Assembly (NCBI GenBank): GCA_965238275.1
Contig: OZ250186.1
Coordinates: 1-64,000 of the forward strand
Direction: 5' to 3'
DNA length: 64,000 nucleotides
Source of the DNA: Nitrosopumilus sp.
GTDB lineage: Archaea > Thermoproteota > Nitrososphaeria > Nitrososphaerales > Nitrosopumilaceae
Shown: one piece after another, positions 10,223 to 20,984 of the stretch
How the letters are laid out: each line of letters begins with the position of its first letter
Position numbering within the stretch: position 1 is the stretch's first letter
Position numbers and translations under genes: made by a program
The notes under the pieces: model-generated
Database searches by the model: none
What the model saw: only the letters and a program-made list of their open reading frames with translations
Told to the model about the DNA's origin: nothing

Positions 10223-11005
10223 ATGGAGTTGCTGGTAGCATACAAGGACGATCCCGCAGGCCACAACATGGCAAGGTTTCTTGCAGGCAACATGACAAAG
10301 AAGAAGGAGGGGGATGTGTTCTGCGGAAGATACTACGACCTGCTGGTAATTCCAACGCCTGCCATATCTGCAGACTGGCTGGAGGAGAGATACGGCTATG
10401 ACGGGTTTGTGTTCCTCTCAAAGCACGCCTCGGAGGCAGGAGTACCTGCACTTACATGCCACAGTACGGGAAACTTTGCACAGGCACTGTACGGGGGACG
10501 GCAGGGAGAGGTTGCAATCCCGCACCCGCATCTTCAAAAGACGTATCTTCAGACCCTGCAGCAGAACAGGGCCAGGTTTCCCGGCTTTGAGATCACCATA
10601 GAGGCGACGCACCACGGGCCCACCGCGCTGAACAAACCGGCCATATTCATCGAGGTGGGGACCACGGAACTCCAGTGGAATGACGTCTCGCTGTGCAATT
10701 CTGTTGCCGCACTGGTCCACCAGGTAATGTCGCATCCTATCCCGCAATACCCCGTGGCAGTATGTTTTGGCGGAACGCACTATTCTGTAAAATTTACAGA
10801 AGAGATTCTTGAGGGAAGGCACGCGCTTGGAACCGTGGTTCCAAAGCATGCCCTGGAGCATCTTGACGAGAATCTCCTATCACACATTCTTGCGCGAAAC
10901 AGCATGGCGGAGGCTGCCCTGCTGGACTGGAAGGGGCTTGGCGGATACAGGCAAAAGGTTTTTGAGATGCTCAGACACACCGGACTTGAGGTAACAAGGG
11001 TATGA
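10223..11005 (+). CDS. dtdA: Archaeal D-aminoacyl-tRNA deacylase
   Basis: Motifs FLSKH, LTCHSTGNF, EATHHGPT and FGGTHY. Confidence 0.92.
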   Translation: MELLVAYKDDPAGHNMARFLAGNMTKKKEGDVFCGRYYDLLVIPTPAISADWLEERYGYDGFVFLSKHASEAGVPALTCHSTGNFAQALYGGRQGEVAIPHPHLQKTYLQTLQQNRARFPGFEITIEATHHGPTALNKPAIFIEVGTTELQWNDVSLCNSVAALVHQVMSHPIPQYPVAVCFGGTHYSVKFTEEILEGRHALGTVVPKHALEHLDENLLSHILARNSMAEAALLDWKGLGGYRQKVFEMLRHTGLEVTRV

Positions 11006-11301
11006 GTCTTGAAGAACTTGTCTACAAAAGGCTGATGGAGGTTCCCGAGGGCAGGATTACCACATATGGCGAGCTGGCACGGGCAGTCGGACTAAAGAAC
11101 GGACAGAGGCAGATAGGGAGAATAATGAGCAGAAATCCGTACCCGGGGATAGTCCCATGCCACAGGGTGGTAAGGTCTACCGGAGAGGTCGGCGGATACC
11201 TCTACGGCACGGAGATCAAGACTAAGATGCTAAGCCGGGAAGGGGTTGACATTCAGGACGGAAGAATCACGGACATGAAGAACAGCTTCCACAGGTTCTA
11301 A
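11002..11301 (+). CDS. MGMT family methylated-DNA-protein-cysteine methyltransferase (C-terminal domain only)
   Basis: TYGELA and the PCHRV active-site motif. Confidence 0.92.
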   Translation: MSLEELVYKRLMEVPEGRITTYGELARAVGLKNGQRQIGRIMSRNPYPGIVPCHRVVRSTGEVGGYLYGTEIKTKMLSREGVDIQDGRITDMKNSFHRF

Positions 11302-11753
11302 TCGGTTCGTTTCTCTGTAATCTCTTGCATCAGCGTTCTCAGGTGTGCCTTGTTTCGGACAGTGTTCCCGCCCACCCTCTTGTATAATGTCCAAAACTCC
11401 GGATTGGTGATATCCTTTCGGTCCTTGGCAATCTTGAGCAGGCGCCTGAGCGAGCGAACCTTGGCAACGTATACCTCCTTTTTGCCCACACGGGCTCCCT
11501 TGGTGCCCCGCTTTGAGCCCTGGGTGGTCCCTCTCTTGTTTCTCTGCGCCTTCTTGGTATGCGCCCTGCCCCTGGACGTGCCGGTAAACGACTTTATGGT
11601 AATTGTGTTTGCAGTAATCAGGCTCCGGATGTCGCTTCGCGTGATCGCGTCTGCAATGTCACTCAGGTGATCAGAATCAAACCGGATTCTGTGAACGCCA
11701 ACCCCGGTGACCCGTGCTGCCAGCCTCTTCTTGCTGTTAAGATTGATTACCAA
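11298..11753 (-). CDS. rpl19e: 50S ribosomal protein L19e
   Basis: Motifs KKRLAARV, AITRSDIR, SRGR and GSKRG. TTG start inferred. Confidence 0.95.
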   Translation of the reverse strand: MVINLNSKKRLAARVTGVGVHRIRFDSDHLSDIADAITRSDIRSLITANTITIKSFTGTSRGRAHTKKAQRNKRGTTQGSKRGTKGARVGKKEVYVAKVRSLRRLLKIAKDRKDITNPEFWTLYKRVGGNTVRNKAHLRTLMQEITEKRTD

Positions 11754-12141
11754 TTGCACTCACTCTTGCGTTAAAAATTTTGAACTTTTTCTCCACTGCA
11801 CTAACGACAACCTCCCTTCGCTTTCGGGTTCCAACGCCGTGCCCTATTCGGATTCCGTCCTTCTTTGGGTTCAGTCCCTCCAAGTCATTAACATTGTAAA
11901 CCAGATTGTCCGTAAATCCCGACGGATGCAGCCCCTTGGACTCCTTGGGACCGCCATACCCGATCTTTACAAGTCCGGGACGGCCCCTGCTCTTTTGCTT
12001 TCTCTGGTGATGATCGATGCCCTTTGGCTTTCTCCAGCCGGTGGCAAGTCTGACATACCGCCAGCTCTCCGGCCTGACAAACTCGGGGTTGTGCTCCTTG
12101 ACCTCCTGTCTCTTTGCAATCTTCTCCTTGTTGATGGGCAT
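11737..12141 (-). CDS. rpl32e: 50S ribosomal protein L32e
   Basis: Motifs FVRPESWRY, WRKPKGID and GLHPSG. Start refined to ATG 12141. Confidence 0.95.
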   Translation of the reverse strand: MPINKEKIAKRQEVKEHNPEFVRPESWRYVRLATGWRKPKGIDHHQRKQKSRGRPGLVKIGYGGPKESKGLHPSGFTDNLVYNVNDLEGLNPKKDGIRIGHGVGTRKRREVVVSAVEKKFKIFNARVSAIGNQS

Positions 12142-12290
12142 CAGAGTTGTTCTTGAATTTTGAAATAAATACGTATTGAATATGCTACGTACTTGGCATT
12201 CCAAAACCAGGCAGATCCTGAACGAGTGCCACGATACGTCCCGAACAGCAGGCAAACCGTCTGCAGGCTGCACAGACAGGCTGCGCGCGG

Positions 12291-12800
12291 CTAGTACAGA
12301 ATCTTGAGGCTTCGGCACACCGAATAGAGCGTCCGCCTTAGATTCTTGTCAGTGAGGGTCTCCATCCGGTGCCTTAGGACCCTCTTTGCATCGTCCCTTT
12401 CAGTGCCAGGCGGCAGCGAGAGGACCTTGTTCAGGTGTTCAGGCAGCGACTCCCGGATCCAGCTGTCTATCATCTCGTATATCTTGGGGGAGATTAAGTC
12501 ACACTTGTCAGTGTCAAGATCAAGCACTCCGGCAAAATTTTCATGCTCTACCCTGTAAACCAATGCCAGAACCACGTTGTCAGGTGTCGGATTTTCAAGG
12601 ATCTCCCTTGATCGTTCCCCGGTCTTGCCCTGTATCAGCTTGTTTTTGAGGCCCACGGGATTGACAATGACGCCATTGATGCCCACCTTCCTTTCCCGAA
12701 CCTGCGTGACTACTGCAAAGATAAAGTCGTTAAAATCCCCGTTCTTCTTTACGGAAAAGACATGAACGCCTTCCTCCAGCGGGGGTTTCTTACCAAACAT
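12291..12800 (-). CDS. Hypothetical protein
   Basis: 169-aa ORF with host-like codon usage and a TATA-like upstream sequence. Confidence 0.75.
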   Translation of the reverse strand: MFGKKPPLEEGVHVFSVKKNGDFNDFIFAVVTQVRERKVGINGVIVNPVGLKNKLIQGKTGERSREILENPTPDNVVLALVYRVEHENFAGVLDLDTDKCDLISPKIYEMIDSWIRESLPEHLNKVLSLPPGTERDDAKRVLRHRMETLTDKNLRRTLYSVCRSLKILY

Positions 12801-13012
12801 GGATAGGGTTGATTGCGCATTCTATTTAATCTGTTATTCTGTGAAACGGCTTTGTCTTGCTGACGTGCACCGTACCGGTATGGCTTGATGATCCTCATGC
12901 CGCCCATGTTCTGATTTGATGCAAGGCTCAGAACACCATGCCGCTCTCTTCGTGTGGCATGAGCATGGATTCATTGCCCATTGATAAAATATCTATACGC
13001 CAAACAAATCCA

Positions 13013-14278
13013 ATGCGTATGAATCTATGTGTTAGATCCGCCGTCAAGGTAGCAGGACCGGGCATACTGTTTGCAAGTACCGCGATCGGCGTGTCGCACC
13101 TAATCCAGTCTACCCGGGCAGGAGCCGAGTTTGGCCCAATGATCATGATATTTGTGGTTCTGTCGTGCCTCTTGAAGTATCCTGCGTTTGAATACGGGCT
13201 GCGTTATGCAAACGCGACAGGAACCAGCATCATAGACGGGTATCTTAGCCTAGGCAAGACGAAACTCTGGATATTCTTTGGAGCCACCCTGACAACGATG
13301 TTCTTTGTCACCGGCGCCGTGATGTTTGTAACGGCGGGGTTCTTTGCACATCTCTTCTCGATTGGATCCTCGCAGGAGTGGATTACCATAATTCTGTTTG
13401 TCGTATGCGTGTCGATTCTGGCCATAGGGAGGTATGGCGCACTGGACGGCATCATCAAGATCATAGCCATCGTGATGATGGTCTCGACTGTGGCGGCATT
13501 TGCAATTTCCCTGTGGAACGGATCCACGGGGATGGTGGATGGATTTGTGCCTGAAAGCCTGTGGACCGATGCAGGGCTGTTCTTTCTTCTGGCCCTGATG
13601 GGGTTTATGCCTGCCCCGATCGAGGTTTCGGCCTGGACGAGTCTGTGGGCGCTTGCAAGGGCAAAACAAACCGGGTACCGGCCAAGGCTTCAGGAGGCTC
13701 TCTCCGAGTTCAGGGTTTCGTATGCGATCACTGCCGTGCTTGCAGTGATGTTTGTGGTTCTGGGCTCGTACCTCTTTTTTGGATCAGGCGAGGAGCTGTC
13801 CAGCAGTAGCGCTGACTTTGCGCATCAGGTAGTCACGCTGTATACCGAGACGATCGGGCCGTGGAGCAGTCTTGTAATCTCTGCTTCCGCATTTGCCGTC
13901 ATGTTTGGCACGATTCTTGCCATCTTGGACGGATACACAAGATCCGTCAAAAAGGTGATAAGCCTGATGGTGCCCGGTATGGAACAGACGCGTCTCACGG
14001 GCAACTTTATGAACATCACTCTTCTGGTGCTTCTGTCTGCAGGCTCGTCTGTTGTGATATTCGGGTTTGGCAACAACCTTCTGGAACTGGTGGATTTTGC
14101 CACGGTGCTTAGCTTTATCGTGTTTCCGATAATCGCATTCTTTCACATTAGGCTGGTGGGAGGCAGGCATCTTGACAAGGCAGCCCGGCCACACGCGGGC
14201 ATCCGGATTCTCAGCTATGTCGGGGTGGCATTCATGGGCGTCCTTGCTGCAGTATTTCTTTTTGTCCGGTTCCTCTAG
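13013..14278 (+). CDS. NRAMP-like (APC superfamily) membrane transporter
   Basis: GPGILFASTAIGVSHLIQSTRAGA motif and about 11 hydrophobic segments. Start uncertain. Confidence 0.8.
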   Translation: MRMNLCVRSAVKVAGPGILFASTAIGVSHLIQSTRAGAEFGPMIMIFVVLSCLLKYPAFEYGLRYANATGTSIIDGYLSLGKTKLWIFFGATLTTMFFVTGAVMFVTAGFFAHLFSIGSSQEWITIILFVVCVSILAIGRYGALDGIIKIIAIVMMVSTVAAFAISLWNGSTGMVDGFVPESLWTDAGLFFLLALMGFMPAPIEVSAWTSLWALARAKQTGYRPRLQEALSEFRVSYAITAVLAVMFVVLGSYLFFGSGEELSSSSADFAHQVVTLYTETIGPWSSLVISASAFAVMFGTILAILDGYTRSVKKVISLMVPGMEQTRLTGNFMNITLLVLLSAGSSVVIFGFGNNLLELVDFATVLSFIVFPIIAFFHIRLVGGRHLDKAARPHAGIRILSYVGVAFMGVLAAVFLFVRFL

Positions 14279-14401
14279 GGCGTGTCTAATGAGTCTCCGA
14301 ATTCTGCATGCGTCCTCCTTCCAGGCCCGTATTCATTACAAGCCCAGACGACTCTTGCACAGCGTTAGTTCTTAATATTGGAATAAAACAGTCCCACATA
14401 G

Positions 14402-17104
14402 TTGGATAAAAGAGAGGTCCTCAGGGAATTTTCATCAGACTCGGACAGGTACTACAAGGTCAAACTCTTTGAGGAACAGGGCTTTGCACGAAGATCCTGC
14501 GCAAGGTGCGGCAGGTTCTTCTGGACCCTGGATGCAGAAAGGGTCCTGTGCCCGGATGACGCAGAGGATACGTACTCGTTTATCGGGGATCCGCCCACCT
14601 CCAAAAGATTTGACTACACGCAGGCATGGAGGCAGGTGGAGGAATTCTTTGTAGAAAACGGACACACGTCAATCAGCAGGTATCCGGTGGTCTGCAGATG
14701 GCGCGACGACCTGTACTTTACCATTGCGTCGGTTGTAGACTTTCAGAGGGTTATGGGCTCAAAGGTCGTGTTTGAGTTTCCGGCAAATCCCTTGGTGGTT
14801 CCCCAGACGTGCCTGCGTTTCAAGGATCTCGAAAATGTCGGGGTTACCGGAAGGCATTTTTCAAGCTTTTGCATGATCGGGCAGCACAGCATTCCCAGCC
14901 TCGGGGGATACTGGAAGGACGAATGCATCGACCTTGACTTCAGGCTGCTTACAGACAGGTTCGGCATAAAAAGAGAGGAGGTAGTCTTTGTAGAGGACGT
15001 GTGGGTCGGGGGCGGTTCCTTTGGTCCGTCACTGGAGTACTTTGTCCGTGGGCTGGAGCTGGGAAACGCCGTCTTTACGGAGTTTCAGGGGGAGCTTGGA
15101 AGGCACACGGTACTTGACCAGAGGATCATAGACATGGGGGCCGGTCTTGAGAGGCTGGCATGGATAACCACAGGAACGCCGACTGCATACGACTGCTGTT
15201 TTGGTCCGATCAACCAGAGGCTCTCAGAGATGATTGGGATTGATCCAGACTCGGAGGTACTGCGGGCATACTTTACAGAGGTTGCAAAGTCGCTGGAGAA
15301 GTTTGATCTGAATGATGCCAGGGCCCGCGCAGTGAGGGCTGCAGGACTCACAGGCGACATGGCAGACAGGGTGATCGCCCCCATCGAGGGCATGTATCTG
15401 GTTGCGGACCATCTCAGGACGCTGGTCTTTGCAGTGGCAGACGGGGCCCTCCCAAGCAATGTCGGAGGGGGGTACAACCTGAGAATGATGCTGCGCAGGA
15501 TCAGGGCCGCCGTCGACAGGCTCAATTTCAGACTGGACATAGACGAACTGATTGACCTTCATGTGGACTATCTCATGGATACCTACGGCGAGCTTGACTC
15601 GAAACGGGACGACATCAAGAAGATTCTGGGGATAGAGTCAGAGAGGTATGACGGATCCAAGGCCAGCATGAAGAAGAAGGCAGGCAAGGTGCTCAAAAAG
15701 GGCACGCCCACCGTGGATGAGCTTGTCAGGCTGTACGAGTCAGACGGAATAACGCCAGAGTATCTCATGGAGATGGGCGTGATTGACACGGTTCCGTCTG
15801 CATTATACGCCAAGATCTCCGATCTGCACCAGTCAGCCAAAAGGGACAAGGCAGAGAGCCTTCCACTGGACGGGCTGCCCGAGACGGAGACGCTCTTTTA
15901 CGGAGACGATCCTGCAGAGTTTGACGCAACGGTACTCAAGGCCTGGGATGACTGTGTGGTACTTGACAGGACATCGTTTTATGCAAGGGGCGGAGGCCAG
16001 GAGCCTGACCATGGAACGGTGGCAGGATTCAGGGTGACTGACGTGAGCAGGCACGGGAGCATCATCGTACACAGGCTGGAAGGGGGAATTCCCGGGAAAG
16101 GCCAGACTGTCAGGTGTGCGGTGGACTCTGCAAGAAGGGGAGCCATAACTAAAAACCACACCAGCACGCACATACTCAACGCATCATCAAGGGGAATCCT
16201 GGGTTCGTGGGTGTGGCAGCACTCGGCATTCAAGGACAGCGATCACGCAAGGCTCGACATCACGCACCATTCGTCTCTTACCCCCGCGCAGGTACGGCAG
16301 ATAGAGGACGAGGCCAACGGCATGGTGGTACAGAATCTTCCCGTATCAATAGAGTGGCACGACAGGGGGACAGCCGAGCAGAGGTACGGATTCAGCATAT
16401 ACCAGGGCGGGGTGGTTCCGGTAAAGGCAGTCAGGATCGTATCGATCGGCGACAGGGACGTGGAGGCGTGCGGAGGAACCCATGTCAGAAGTACTGGGGA
16501 GATAGGCCTCATCAAGATCACAAAAACCAAGAGGATTCAGGACGGGGTGGTAAGGATTGAGTTTGTGTCCGGGGATGCGGCTGCAGAGTATGCAAGGGAG
16601 CAGGAGTCAAGGAGACGCGCCAAGCAGCAGGAGGATGCCCAAAGGAGGCAGCAGGAGCTGCAAAGGGAGCAGGACAGGAGGAGTTCAAGGGAGATGATTC
16701 CGGAGCTGCTAAGGCAGATATCGGAGTGCCGGCCCGATACGGCCATAAACGGAATATTCGTGATGGGCCAGTCAAGGGTGTGCATGACATGGCACGAACA
16801 GTATGACGAGTACTTTCACATGAACTTTGGCAAGAGGCTGACAAAGAGTCTTCCAGACTCGGCATATGTGGGAATATTCGAGTCCGGGCCCACCATCAGG
16901 GTAATGGTGCACTCCGGGGAGAGGGCCGCAGGAACAATAAACGCAGGCGCCATAGCAGATGCAGTGGCCAGGATTCTGGGGGGCGCAGGCGGAGGGGACG
17001 CGGCATTTGCCCAGGGAGGCGGAAAGGACACATCTAAAAAAGACGCGGCAATAGACATGGCAAGATCAATGATTCAGGGAAAGGCAGCAGCATGGGCAAG
17101 ATGA
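14402..17104 (+). CDS. alaS: Alanine-tRNA ligase
   Basis: RWRDDLYFT, DMGAGLER, editing motifs HTSTH and CGGTH, C-terminal GGAGGG. Confidence 0.97.
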   Translation: MDKREVLREFSSDSDRYYKVKLFEEQGFARRSCARCGRFFWTLDAERVLCPDDAEDTYSFIGDPPTSKRFDYTQAWRQVEEFFVENGHTSISRYPVVCRWRDDLYFTIASVVDFQRVMGSKVVFEFPANPLVVPQTCLRFKDLENVGVTGRHFSSFCMIGQHSIPSLGGYWKDECIDLDFRLLTDRFGIKREEVVFVEDVWVGGGSFGPSLEYFVRGLELGNAVFTEFQGELGRHTVLDQRIIDMGAGLERLAWITTGTPTAYDCCFGPINQRLSEMIGIDPDSEVLRAYFTEVAKSLEKFDLNDARARAVRAAGLTGDMADRVIAPIEGMYLVADHLRTLVFAVADGALPSNVGGGYNLRMMLRRIRAAVDRLNFRLDIDELIDLHVDYLMDTYGELDSKRDDIKKILGIESERYDGSKASMKKKAGKVLKKGTPTVDELVRLYESDGITPEYLMEMGVIDTVPSALYAKISDLHQSAKRDKAESLPLDGLPETETLFYGDDPAEFDATVLKAWDDCVVLDRTSFYARGGGQEPDHGTVAGFRVTDVSRHGSIIVHRLEGGIPGKGQTVRCAVDSARRGAITKNHTSTHILNASSRGILGSWVWQHSAFKDSDHARLDITHHSSLTPAQVRQIEDEANGMVVQNLPVSIEWHDRGTAEQRYGFSIYQGGVVPVKAVRIVSIGDRDVEACGGTHVRSTGEIGLIKITKTKRIQDGVVRIEFVSGDAAAEYAREQESRRRAKQQEDAQRRQQELQREQDRRSSREMIPELLRQISECRPDTAINGIFVMGQSRVCMTWHEQYDEYFHMNFGKRLTKSLPDSAYVGIFESGPTIRVMVHSGERAAGTINAGAIADAVARILGGAGGGDAAFAQGGGKDTSKKDAAIDMARSMIQGKAAAWAR

Positions 17105-20040
17105 CGGGCAGGGACGACACAGGGGACAAAAAAAGGATATCAAGGGAGGCCAGATCACAGTATTCCACAAGGAGGATAGACTGGCCGGCCATCGAGGCCA
17201 AATGGAGGAACGAGTGGGACCAGTCCAGACAGTTTGAGGCCGACCCGGACCAAAGGCCAAAAAAGTTCATCACGGTGGCATATCCGTACCCGAACTCCCC
17301 GCAGCACGTGGGGCACGGCAGGACATACACGCTTGCAGACATCCATGCAAGGTTCTACAGGATGAAGGGATACAACGTGCTGTTTCCAATGGCGTTTCAC
17401 TATACCGGAACCCCGATACTGGGCATGGCAAGAAGGGTCGAGGAGGGCGATGCGGATCTTATAGACAACCTGAAGAACCTGTACGGCGTCCCCGAGGATG
17501 CAATCAGCGGATTTGCAGAGCCGGTAAGGATTGCAGACTACTTTCACGAGGAGATCAGAACCGGAATGATAGAGATGGGATACTCTATCGACTGGAGGCG
17601 GGAGTTTACCACCATCGATCCCGTGTATAGCAGGTTCATCCAGTGGCAGATCAGCACGCTAAGGGACAAGAACCTGGTCATCCAGGGATCCCATCCGGTC
17701 GGCTGGTGCCCGAGGGATCAGAACCCGGTATCGCAGCACGACACGCTTGGAGACGTGGAGCCGGACTTTACAGAGTATGCCCTGATCAAGTTCAGGCTTG
17801 GAGAGTACGTCATACCTACTGCAACGCTGAGGCCCGAGACCATATTCGGGGCGGTAAACCTGTGGGTCAACCCGGGCATAACATACAAGAAGATCACCGT
17901 AGACGGTGAAAAATGGATTGTAAGCCAAGAGTGTGCATACAAGCTGGAGTTTCAGGACAAGACAGTCTCATACGACGGGGAGATCAGCGGCTCGGAGCTT
18001 GCAGGCAGGTCAGCAAGCATGCCTCACAGGGACGAGTCGGTAGTGATGCTTCCTGCGGGGTTTGTCCAGAGCGGGACAGGCACAGGCATGGTCATGTCGG
18101 TTCCTGCGCATGCGCCGATTGACTACCAAGCACTTGAGGATCTCAAGGAGTCAGAGGAATGGGGGGCTGCAGCATCCGGAATCACCCCCAAGTCCATCAT
18201 AGAGGTTGACGGGTACGGGGAGATGCCCGGCGTCGAGGTAACTCGGAGGATGGGCATTACAGACCAGAACGATCCAAGGATCGAGGAGGCCACAAAGGAG
18301 GTCTATGCCGCAGAGTTTTACGGCGGGAGGCTGAGGCAGAACGCCGGTGAGTTTTCAGGGCTTCCAGTAGAGCATGCAAAGGATCCCGTAAGGGACTGGC
18401 TCAGGGAGAAGGGATATGCAGACATGATGCTGGAGCTGACAAACACGCCGGTAAGATGCAGGTGCGGGGCAGAATGCGTAGTCAAGGTTCTCAACAACCA
18501 GTGGTTTCTAAACTATGCAGACGCGCAGTGGAAGGAGTCGACTACAAGGTGCTTTGAGTCCATGAGCATACTTCCCCAGGAGATAAGGCCCGAGTTCAAC
18601 TATGTCATAGGGTGGCTTCGCGAGAGGGCCTGCGCAAGACAGCACGGCATGGGAACAAAGCTGCCGTGGGACAAGGACTGGATCGTCGAGAGCCTCTCGG
18701 ATTCTGTGATATACATGGCATACTACGTCATAGCCAAGTTTGTAAACGACGGGGCCGTATCCGCCGAAGCCCTGACAGGGGGGGAGTTCTTTGACTACAT
18801 ATTTCTGGGCAGGGGCCAAGCAGATGCAGTCTCGGAGGCCACGGGAATTCCGGAGGATACCGTCAGGAAGATCAGGGACGAGTTCATGTACTTTTATCCG
18901 GTCGACTCCAGGCACTCGGGCCGCGACCTGGTTCCAAACCACCTGACCTTCTTTGTCATGAACCACATAGCAATATTTCCAGAGAAGCACTGGCCGCGCC
19001 AGATCGTAGTTAATGGCTCGGTCCTGATGAACGGCTCCAAGATGTCAAAGAGCATGGGGAATATCATTCCGCTGCGCAAGGCGATCCAGGAGTATGGTGC
19101 AGACCCCATCAGGCTGGCAATAGTCATATCAGCAGAGCTTCTCCAGGATGCGGACTTTAACATGGAGGCAGTATCCGGGATACAGGGCAGGCTGGAGGCA
19201 TTCCATCACGAGTGCGCCGTGCTCAAGGCAGTAGAGATTGGAGGCACGGAGGCAGAGGACAGGTGGATACTGTCCAGGCTGCAGAGCATGATTAATCATG
19301 CGACCGAATCAATAGAGAAGATGAGGGTGAGGGAGGCCCTGCACGGCGTCCTGTTTGGGTTCGAGTCCGAGATGGGATGGTATGCAAGGAGGACTGCGGC
19401 AAAGAACAGAAGGAACGAGGGGGTGCTTTACAGGATACACTCCGTGCGCGTTGCGATGCTCTCGCCGTTTGCCCCGCACGTTGCAGAAGAGATGTGGGGG
19501 ATGCTTGGCCATGCCGGTCTTGCCTCGAGATCCCGGTGGCCCGAATTCATGCCAGGGGAGGTGGATCCTGTAGCGGTCCAGTCAGAGGATCTGCTCCGGT
19601 CCACAATGGAGGACATTGCAAAGATTCTCAAGGTGACCAAGATTACGCCCAAAAGGGTGACAGTGTACACTGCAGGCCCCCTCAAATCCAGGGCGTACCG
19701 TGCCGTCCTGGGCATGATTCTTGGCGGGCAGACCGGCATGGGCCCAATCATGAAGAGCCTTGTTGCAGATTCTGAGACATCAGGGATAAAGAGGAATCCC
19801 GACTTTGTGCAAAAGGCGATCAAGGACATACTCTCAGATCCTGTCCAGATAAGGAATGCCAGGATGGAGTCGGGGGAGTTTGATGAGAAGGCATTCCTCT
19901 CAGAAGAGCTTGCAGGGCTTGCAGGGTTGGAGCTTGGCACCAAGATCAGGGTGTTTTGTGAGACGGATGCAGGCATTGATGACGCCAAGGGAAAGGCAAG
20001 GCACTCAAGACCGTTCAAGCCGGCAATCCTCATCGAGTAG
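17092..20040 (+). CDS. leuS: Leucine-tRNA ligase (archaeal type)
   Basis: YPYPN..HVGH (HIGH), TLRPET, ESLSDS and KMSKS. Confidence 0.97.
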   Translation: MGKMTGRDDTGDKKRISREARSQYSTRRIDWPAIEAKWRNEWDQSRQFEADPDQRPKKFITVAYPYPNSPQHVGHGRTYTLADIHARFYRMKGYNVLFPMAFHYTGTPILGMARRVEEGDADLIDNLKNLYGVPEDAISGFAEPVRIADYFHEEIRTGMIEMGYSIDWRREFTTIDPVYSRFIQWQISTLRDKNLVIQGSHPVGWCPRDQNPVSQHDTLGDVEPDFTEYALIKFRLGEYVIPTATLRPETIFGAVNLWVNPGITYKKITVDGEKWIVSQECAYKLEFQDKTVSYDGEISGSELAGRSASMPHRDESVVMLPAGFVQSGTGTGMVMSVPAHAPIDYQALEDLKESEEWGAAASGITPKSIIEVDGYGEMPGVEVTRRMGITDQNDPRIEEATKEVYAAEFYGGRLRQNAGEFSGLPVEHAKDPVRDWLREKGYADMMLELTNTPVRCRCGAECVVKVLNNQWFLNYADAQWKESTTRCFESMSILPQEIRPEFNYVIGWLRERACARQHGMGTKLPWDKDWIVESLSDSVIYMAYYVIAKFVNDGAVSAEALTGGEFFDYIFLGRGQADAVSEATGIPEDTVRKIRDEFMYFYPVDSRHSGRDLVPNHLTFFVMNHIAIFPEKHWPRQIVVNGSVLMNGSKMSKSMGNIIPLRKAIQEYGADPIRLAIVISAELLQDADFNMEAVSGIQGRLEAFHHECAVLKAVEIGGTEAEDRWILSRLQSMINHATESIEKMRVREALHGVLFGFESEMGWYARRTAAKNRRNEGVLYRIHSVRVAMLSPFAPHVAEEMWGMLGHAGLASRSRWPEFMPGEVDPVAVQSEDLLRSTMEDIAKILKVTKITPKRVTVYTAGPLKSRAYRAVLGMILGGQTGMGPIMKSLVADSETSGIKRNPDFVQKAIKDILSDPVQIRNARMESGEFDEKAFLSEELAGLAGLELGTKIRVFCETDAGIDDAKGKARHSRPFKPAILIE

Positions 20041-20042
20041 GG

Positions 20043-20103
20043 GCCGCCGCCGCCGCCGCCTGCTGCTGCTGCTGCCGCCGCCGCCGCCGCCGCTGTTGCC
20101 GCC
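20043..20103 (+). repeat. Compound GCC/GCT microsatellite
   Basis: (GCC)6 T (GCT)4 (GCC)6 GCT GTT (GCC)2, directly after the leuS stop. Confidence 0.9.
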
Positions 20104-20375
20104 AAAACACACCACCGGCCGTAAAACAGGCCAATGCCGGAGGCCATGCACGGTTTCCCCGGATTGCCGATTTTGTGCAGAACGGTTTGGAGGTGGGGCG
20201 TGCACGCAGCTGAATTCCAGAATGAGGCAATGCGGGGGATGCGGCACGGGAACAAAAACCGAGGGGATCGCCTGGAAGGAGGCCCGGCAGGGCCAAGGCA
20301 CAAGGGGACAGGCGGTCTGCAGACACGGGGACAGGTTACATGACAGGCCATGGAACAGCTGCAGGTCTTGCCACA

Positions 20376-20984
20376 TCATGCAGGAAAAGAGTCCTCGAGT
20401 ACGACCTCAGAGAGCGGGAGTTGCCCGCCCCGGGGCGACGGCTCCATCCGTTTCTTTCCAACCACCACCATCATGGCAATTGCGTGATCGTCGGGAAGAT
20501 TGATCAGGTTTCCTACGGCGTCGTAGTCGAATCCCTCCATCGGGCACGTATCATACCCCATGGATCGTGCGGCAAGCATGATCGTCTGGGAGGCGATTCC
20601 GCAGGAACGCATTGCCTTGTCCCGCTGCAGTCCGGGCTTTCCGGAATAGGATCTTCTGATGGATGCCACCTTTGCGTCGCGCTGTTCTGGAGGGATGCTC
20701 ATCCAGTATCTCTCAGGATTCCTGTCCCAGGCATTCAGGTCGGCACAAACGATGATGACCAGTGATGCCTCAGAGACCTGCGGCTGGTTGTATGCCATCC
20801 GGCAAAGTTCGTCCTTGAGCGGCTGCCCGGTCACCGTCACAAACCTCCAGTGCTGTATATTGTACGACGTGGGGGAGAGCAGCGCCAGCCCCAAAAGGCA
20901 GCCTATCTCGTCCTGCGTCATCTTGTGGTTCCTGTCAAACCTTTTGACGGCACGCCTCGTTCTGATGGCCTCAAATGTATCCAC
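20376..20984 (-). CDS. Nitroreductase family protein
   Basis: Motifs AIRTRRAVK, SPTSYNIQHWRF and GYDTCPMEGFD. Start refined to GTG 20984. Confidence 0.92.
   Translation of the reverse strand: MDTFEAIRTRRAVKRFDRNHKMTQDEIGCLLGLALLSPTSYNIQHWRFVTVTGQPLKDELCRMAYNQPQVSEASLVIIVCADLNAWDRNPERYWMSIPPEQRDAKVASIRRSYSGKPGLQRDKAMRSCGIASQTIMLAARSMGYDTCPMEGFDYDAVGNLINLPDDHAIAMMVVVGKKRMEPSPRGGQLPLSEVVLEDSFPA

Noticed and set aside
16590-16700. Gln/Arg/Glu-rich segment in AlaRS
   Set aside because: Consistent with the helical linker before the C-Ala domain, not an intein or insertion.
19428-20503. Long ORFs with poly-Ala/Gly/Pro overlapping the leuS end
   Set aside because: Shadow frames created by leuS and the microsatellite.
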